DNA of 64,000 nucleotides from Candidatus Omnitrophota bacterium (GTDB lineage Bacteria; Ratteibacteria; UBA8468; B48-G9; DTJG01): NCBI GenBank assembly GCA_023819255.1, contig JAMWBU010000001.1, positions 16,348 to 80,347 of the forward strand, read 5' to 3'. Shown piece by piece: positions 61,328 to 64,000 of this stretch (position 1 is its first letter; each line of letters starts with the position of its first letter). The notes under the pieces were generated by a model. It saw only the letters and a program-made list of their open reading frames with translations, ran no database searches and was not told where the DNA came from. The position numbers and the translations under genes were made by a program.

Positions 61328-62061
61328 TCTGGAGGTACCATAAGATTGAAAGATTCCTTTCCTGGATTTATTTCAAATAATTCATTATCTCTAATTTCTA
61401 TTTTTTCCTGTCCATCCAGCACAATGTCGCAATCTCGAGATGGCTTTAGCAGTATTCTTTCTCCTTCATAAACGCAGTTTCTCCAGGTTGCGGTGAAAGG
61501 CGCAAAAGCTACTACTATCATAGATCTATCTTCAGGGAAGACGATTGGCCCACCAGCGGAAAAAGAATGAGCCGTAGATCCGGTGGGAGTACTGATAATT
61601 ATGCCGTCTGCCTTGAAATAGAATATCGTTGACCCAAGCGTGAGTTCAAATTCAACCATTCTTATGTCCTTTCTGAAAATCAGCATTTCGTTTAATGCTT
61701 TTCCTGCTCTCCTTTTTACAGTTTTGTTGAAAATGTTTCCTTCCAGATATAATCTTGGTGAGATTCTGAATTTTCCCGAAAGAACATCTTCTATGATTTC
61801 ATTTCTGTTTCTGCAATCTATGGTAAGAAAGCCAAACTTGCCAAAGTTCAATCCAAGCAATGGTATTTTCATAGAAGGCAATACTCTGAATCCTTTCAAT
61901 ACAGTGCCATCTCCGCCAAGAGAAATAAGTAATTCAGTTTCCTGTCCGCAGGGTATAATTTCAGCGCCATGGGCGACGATTATATTTTCAAAATCCTTTT
62001 CTATTTCGCGCATTCCATTGATTTTTGGATTTGCAATGATGGATATTTTATTCATTTTCAT
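61270..62061 (-). CDS. nadK: NAD(+) kinase
   Basis: GGDGTVL motif (ISLGGDGTVLKGFR) and the NE/D short motif. 263 aa. Confidence 0.85.
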   Translation of the reverse strand: MKMNKISIIANPKINGMREIEKDFENIIVAHGAEIIPCGQETELLISLGGDGTVLKGFRVLPSMKIPLLGLNFGKFGFLTIDCRNRNEIIEDVLSGKFRISPRLYLEGNIFNKTVKRRAGKALNEMLIFRKDIRMVEFELTLGSTIFYFKADGIIISTPTGSTAHSFSAGGPIVFPEDRSMIVVAFAPFTATWRNCVYEGERILLKPSRDCDIVLDGQEKIEIRDNELFEINPGKESFNLMVPPEWDFWRTLKEKFSWGKGLV

Positions 62062-63877
62062 AAAAATTTTTGATGCTTTTTTCTAAACCTTCTTTATCAA
62101 GGTTGAAATCTTTCAAAAGTTCATCGCGCGATCCAGTTTCAAGAAATGTCTGGGGCAATCCGAGTCTAAAAACTCGAACATTCGGAAATTTTTCATTGCA
62201 TAACTCAAGAACATTCGAACCAAATCCTCCAGAAATTATTGCTTCTTCACAGGTAATCACCTTCTCATATTCAGGCAGCGCATCTATCACATCCTGTTGT
62301 AGAGGTTTAACCCTGCTAACAGGCATAAAATCCACTGCTATTTTTTGCTCATTCAGACACGCGCATACCCGACCCATTGCAGATGCGATTGAACCTGTCG
62401 CCAGACACAAAATTCTACCACCTTTTTTGATTTTCTGCACATCTTCTGCAAGCATTTCTTTTGGATATCTTACTGCTACCGGCATTTTGCAATCAATTGT
62501 TAATTCAAGTATTTCACGCAGGTTTTTAATAGAGTATGGACAAAAAATAGTAATGTTTGGAATGGTTTGTAAGACAGCAAGGTCATAAATTCCCTGATGT
62601 GTTGGACCGTCCCCTGATATTATGCCTGCTCTATCAATGAGTATGACAACAGGCAGGTTTTGCAAACAAATGTCATGAAAAATCTGATCATATGTCCTCT
62701 GTAAAAATGTACTGTATATTCCAATGAAGACCTTTTTCCCTGCTTTAGCAAGACCTGCCCCGAATATGATACTGTGACTTTCTGCTATACCCACATCAAA
62801 AAATCTATCAGGAAACTTCTTTGCAAACCTGTCAAATCCCAGACCATATTCCATAGCAGAAGTAATCACACAAAAATTGTGTTTTTCTCCAAGTTCTTCA
62901 AGCAAGTTCCCTACGAAAAATCCTGTGGATGTTTTCTGTCCTAATTGTTCACCAGTTTTTACATCAAAAGGTCCGACGCTGTGGAATTTTTCAGGATTGT
63001 CCTCTGAATGTTTGTATCCTTTTCCTTTGCGTGTTATTGTGTGCAATAAAACCGGTCCTTGATAGAAAAATATGTTTTTCAAAACATCCAGAATTTGATT
63101 TATATCGTGGCCATCGATGGGACCGAAATACTTGATTCCGAGTTTTTCGAAAAAAACCCCGGGAATGATAAGATATTTTGTTTTCTGTTCAATATTCTCG
63201 CCTACTTTAACAATTTGTTCCCCTACGCCAGGGATTTTTTCGATAATTTCTTTTATTTCTTCCTTTGATTTTGTTAAGACAGGCATGGTTATTAATCTGG
63301 TCAAATAGTATGATAAAGCGCCACGAGTTCTTGAAATAGAAAAATTATTATCGTTCAATATAACGAGAATATTTTTTTTTGAAGAACCAAGGTTATTCAA
63401 CCCTTCAAGCGTGACTCCATTGGTAAGCGAGCCGTCTCCGATTACCACAACAGTTTTTGCACTGCCACCATTTAATTCGTCGGCGGTCTGGAGACCCAGA
63501 GCGCATGATATTGCGGTGCCGGCGTGGCCAGTTATAAAAAGATCGGTTTCGCTCTCCTGCGGGTTGGGAAATCCTGAAATTCCCCCGTATTTTCGAAGCG
63601 CATCGAATTTTTTTAATCGACCGGTGAGCAACTTATGAGTATAACTCTGATGTCCTACATCGAATATAATCCTGTCAGGCGGTATTTTTAGAAAATAATG
63701 CAATGCCACGGTGATTTCAACCACTCCAAGATTTGAAGCCAGATGTCCGCCATTGATGGAAACAACGCTTATAATTTTTTCTCTAATTTCCTGGCAGAGT
63801 TTTTCTAATTGTTTTCTTGAAAGAGTTTTTATAATTTCCGGGGATTGATCAATTTTTTCAAGTAAATTGTTGTTCAT
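62048..63877 (-). CDS. dxs: 1-deoxy-D-xylulose-5-phosphate synthase
   Basis: GHQSYTHKLLTGR and GDGSLTNG (TPP-binding) and the transketolase-like C-terminus. 609 aa. Confidence 0.9.
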   Translation of the reverse strand: MNNNLLEKIDQSPEIIKTLSRKQLEKLCQEIREKIISVVSINGGHLASNLGVVEITVALHYFLKIPPDRIIFDVGHQSYTHKLLTGRLKKFDALRKYGGISGFPNPQESETDLFITGHAGTAISCALGLQTADELNGGSAKTVVVIGDGSLTNGVTLEGLNNLGSSKKNILVILNDNNFSISRTRGALSYYLTRLITMPVLTKSKEEIKEIIEKIPGVGEQIVKVGENIEQKTKYLIIPGVFFEKLGIKYFGPIDGHDINQILDVLKNIFFYQGPVLLHTITRKGKGYKHSEDNPEKFHSVGPFDVKTGEQLGQKTSTGFFVGNLLEELGEKHNFCVITSAMEYGLGFDRFAKKFPDRFFDVGIAESHSIIFGAGLAKAGKKVFIGIYSTFLQRTYDQIFHDICLQNLPVVILIDRAGIISGDGPTHQGIYDLAVLQTIPNITIFCPYSIKNLREILELTIDCKMPVAVRYPKEMLAEDVQKIKKGGRILCLATGSIASAMGRVCACLNEQKIAVDFMPVSRVKPLQQDVIDALPEYEKVITCEEAIISGGFGSNVLELCNEKFPNVRVFRLGLPQTFLETGSRDELLKDFNLDKEGLEKSIKNFYENE

Positions 63878-64000
63878 TTCTTATGGATAGACAGTTTTGC
63901 TTTTTCAATCATCTGCGATATTTCTTTTTTCGGGGAGATTTCCTGGGCTCTTGCCCACCAGTATATTGCCCTGATATTGTCATTTTTTTTATAGTAAAGA
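63874..64000 (-). CDS. 3' end of an upstream gene (partial; Sel1/TPR-like C-terminus; unknown)
   Basis: The open frame …LYYKKNDNIRAIYWWARAQEISPKKEISQMIEKAKLSIHKK* ends in ATGA coupling with the dxs start. Confidence 0.3.
   Translation of the reverse strand, partial: LYYKKNDNIRAIYWWARAQEISPKKEISQMIEKAKLSIHKK

Overview
This window is a gene-dense, AT-rich chromosomal segment of a Gram-negative bacterium, with about 65 protein-coding genes, no rRNA or tRNA genes, no CRISPR array and no evident mobile elements. A DUF1559/H-X9-DG prepilin-like protein and RK-variant Tat signals suggest a PVC-superphylum or Omnitrophota-like uncultivated lineage; this is an inference, not a database result.

Content in order:
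- A Tol-Pal envelope cluster (tolR 3' end, tolA-like, tolB, pal) followed by a coiled-coil LysM lipoprotein and the prepilin peptidase pilD.
- recG, a GT2 polyprenyl-phosphate glycosyltransferase and pcm.
- A near-complete type IVa pilus locus on the minus strand, running from 23065 down to 10351: pilB, pilC, two tandem pilA paralogs, pilM, pilN, pilO, a PilP-like protein with a C-terminal SPOR domain, secretin pilQ, two minor pilins and a PilX-like protein with beta-helix repeats. A divergently oriented GT-C/TPR (TMTC-like) glycosyltransferase is inserted between pilC and the pilins.
- Housekeeping genes: ligA, xerD, leuS, trpS, hisC, pdxJ, cobO, ppdK, ribF, nadK, dxs.
- A shikimate/aromatic amino acid cluster: pheA, aroB, aroA, a divergent aroK-like gene, aroE.
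- A tatA-tatC operon co-transcribed with a NapG-like polyferredoxin, a NapH-like CX3CP membrane protein and a DUF362 protein. The ferredoxin and the DUF362 protein both carry an unusual RKEFL Tat-like signal.

The most notable element is a clear cobalamin riboswitch on the minus strand at about 59077..59330. It has the B12 box, GCCACUG and AGGGAA/GUGAAAAUC cores, plus an intrinsic terminator. It precedes an operon encoding a DUF1559 (H-X9-DG) prepilin-like protein, a homocysteine S-methyltransferase and a BtuFCD-type ABC importer. An ORF predicted inside the riboswitch (59193..59393) is rejected as spurious.
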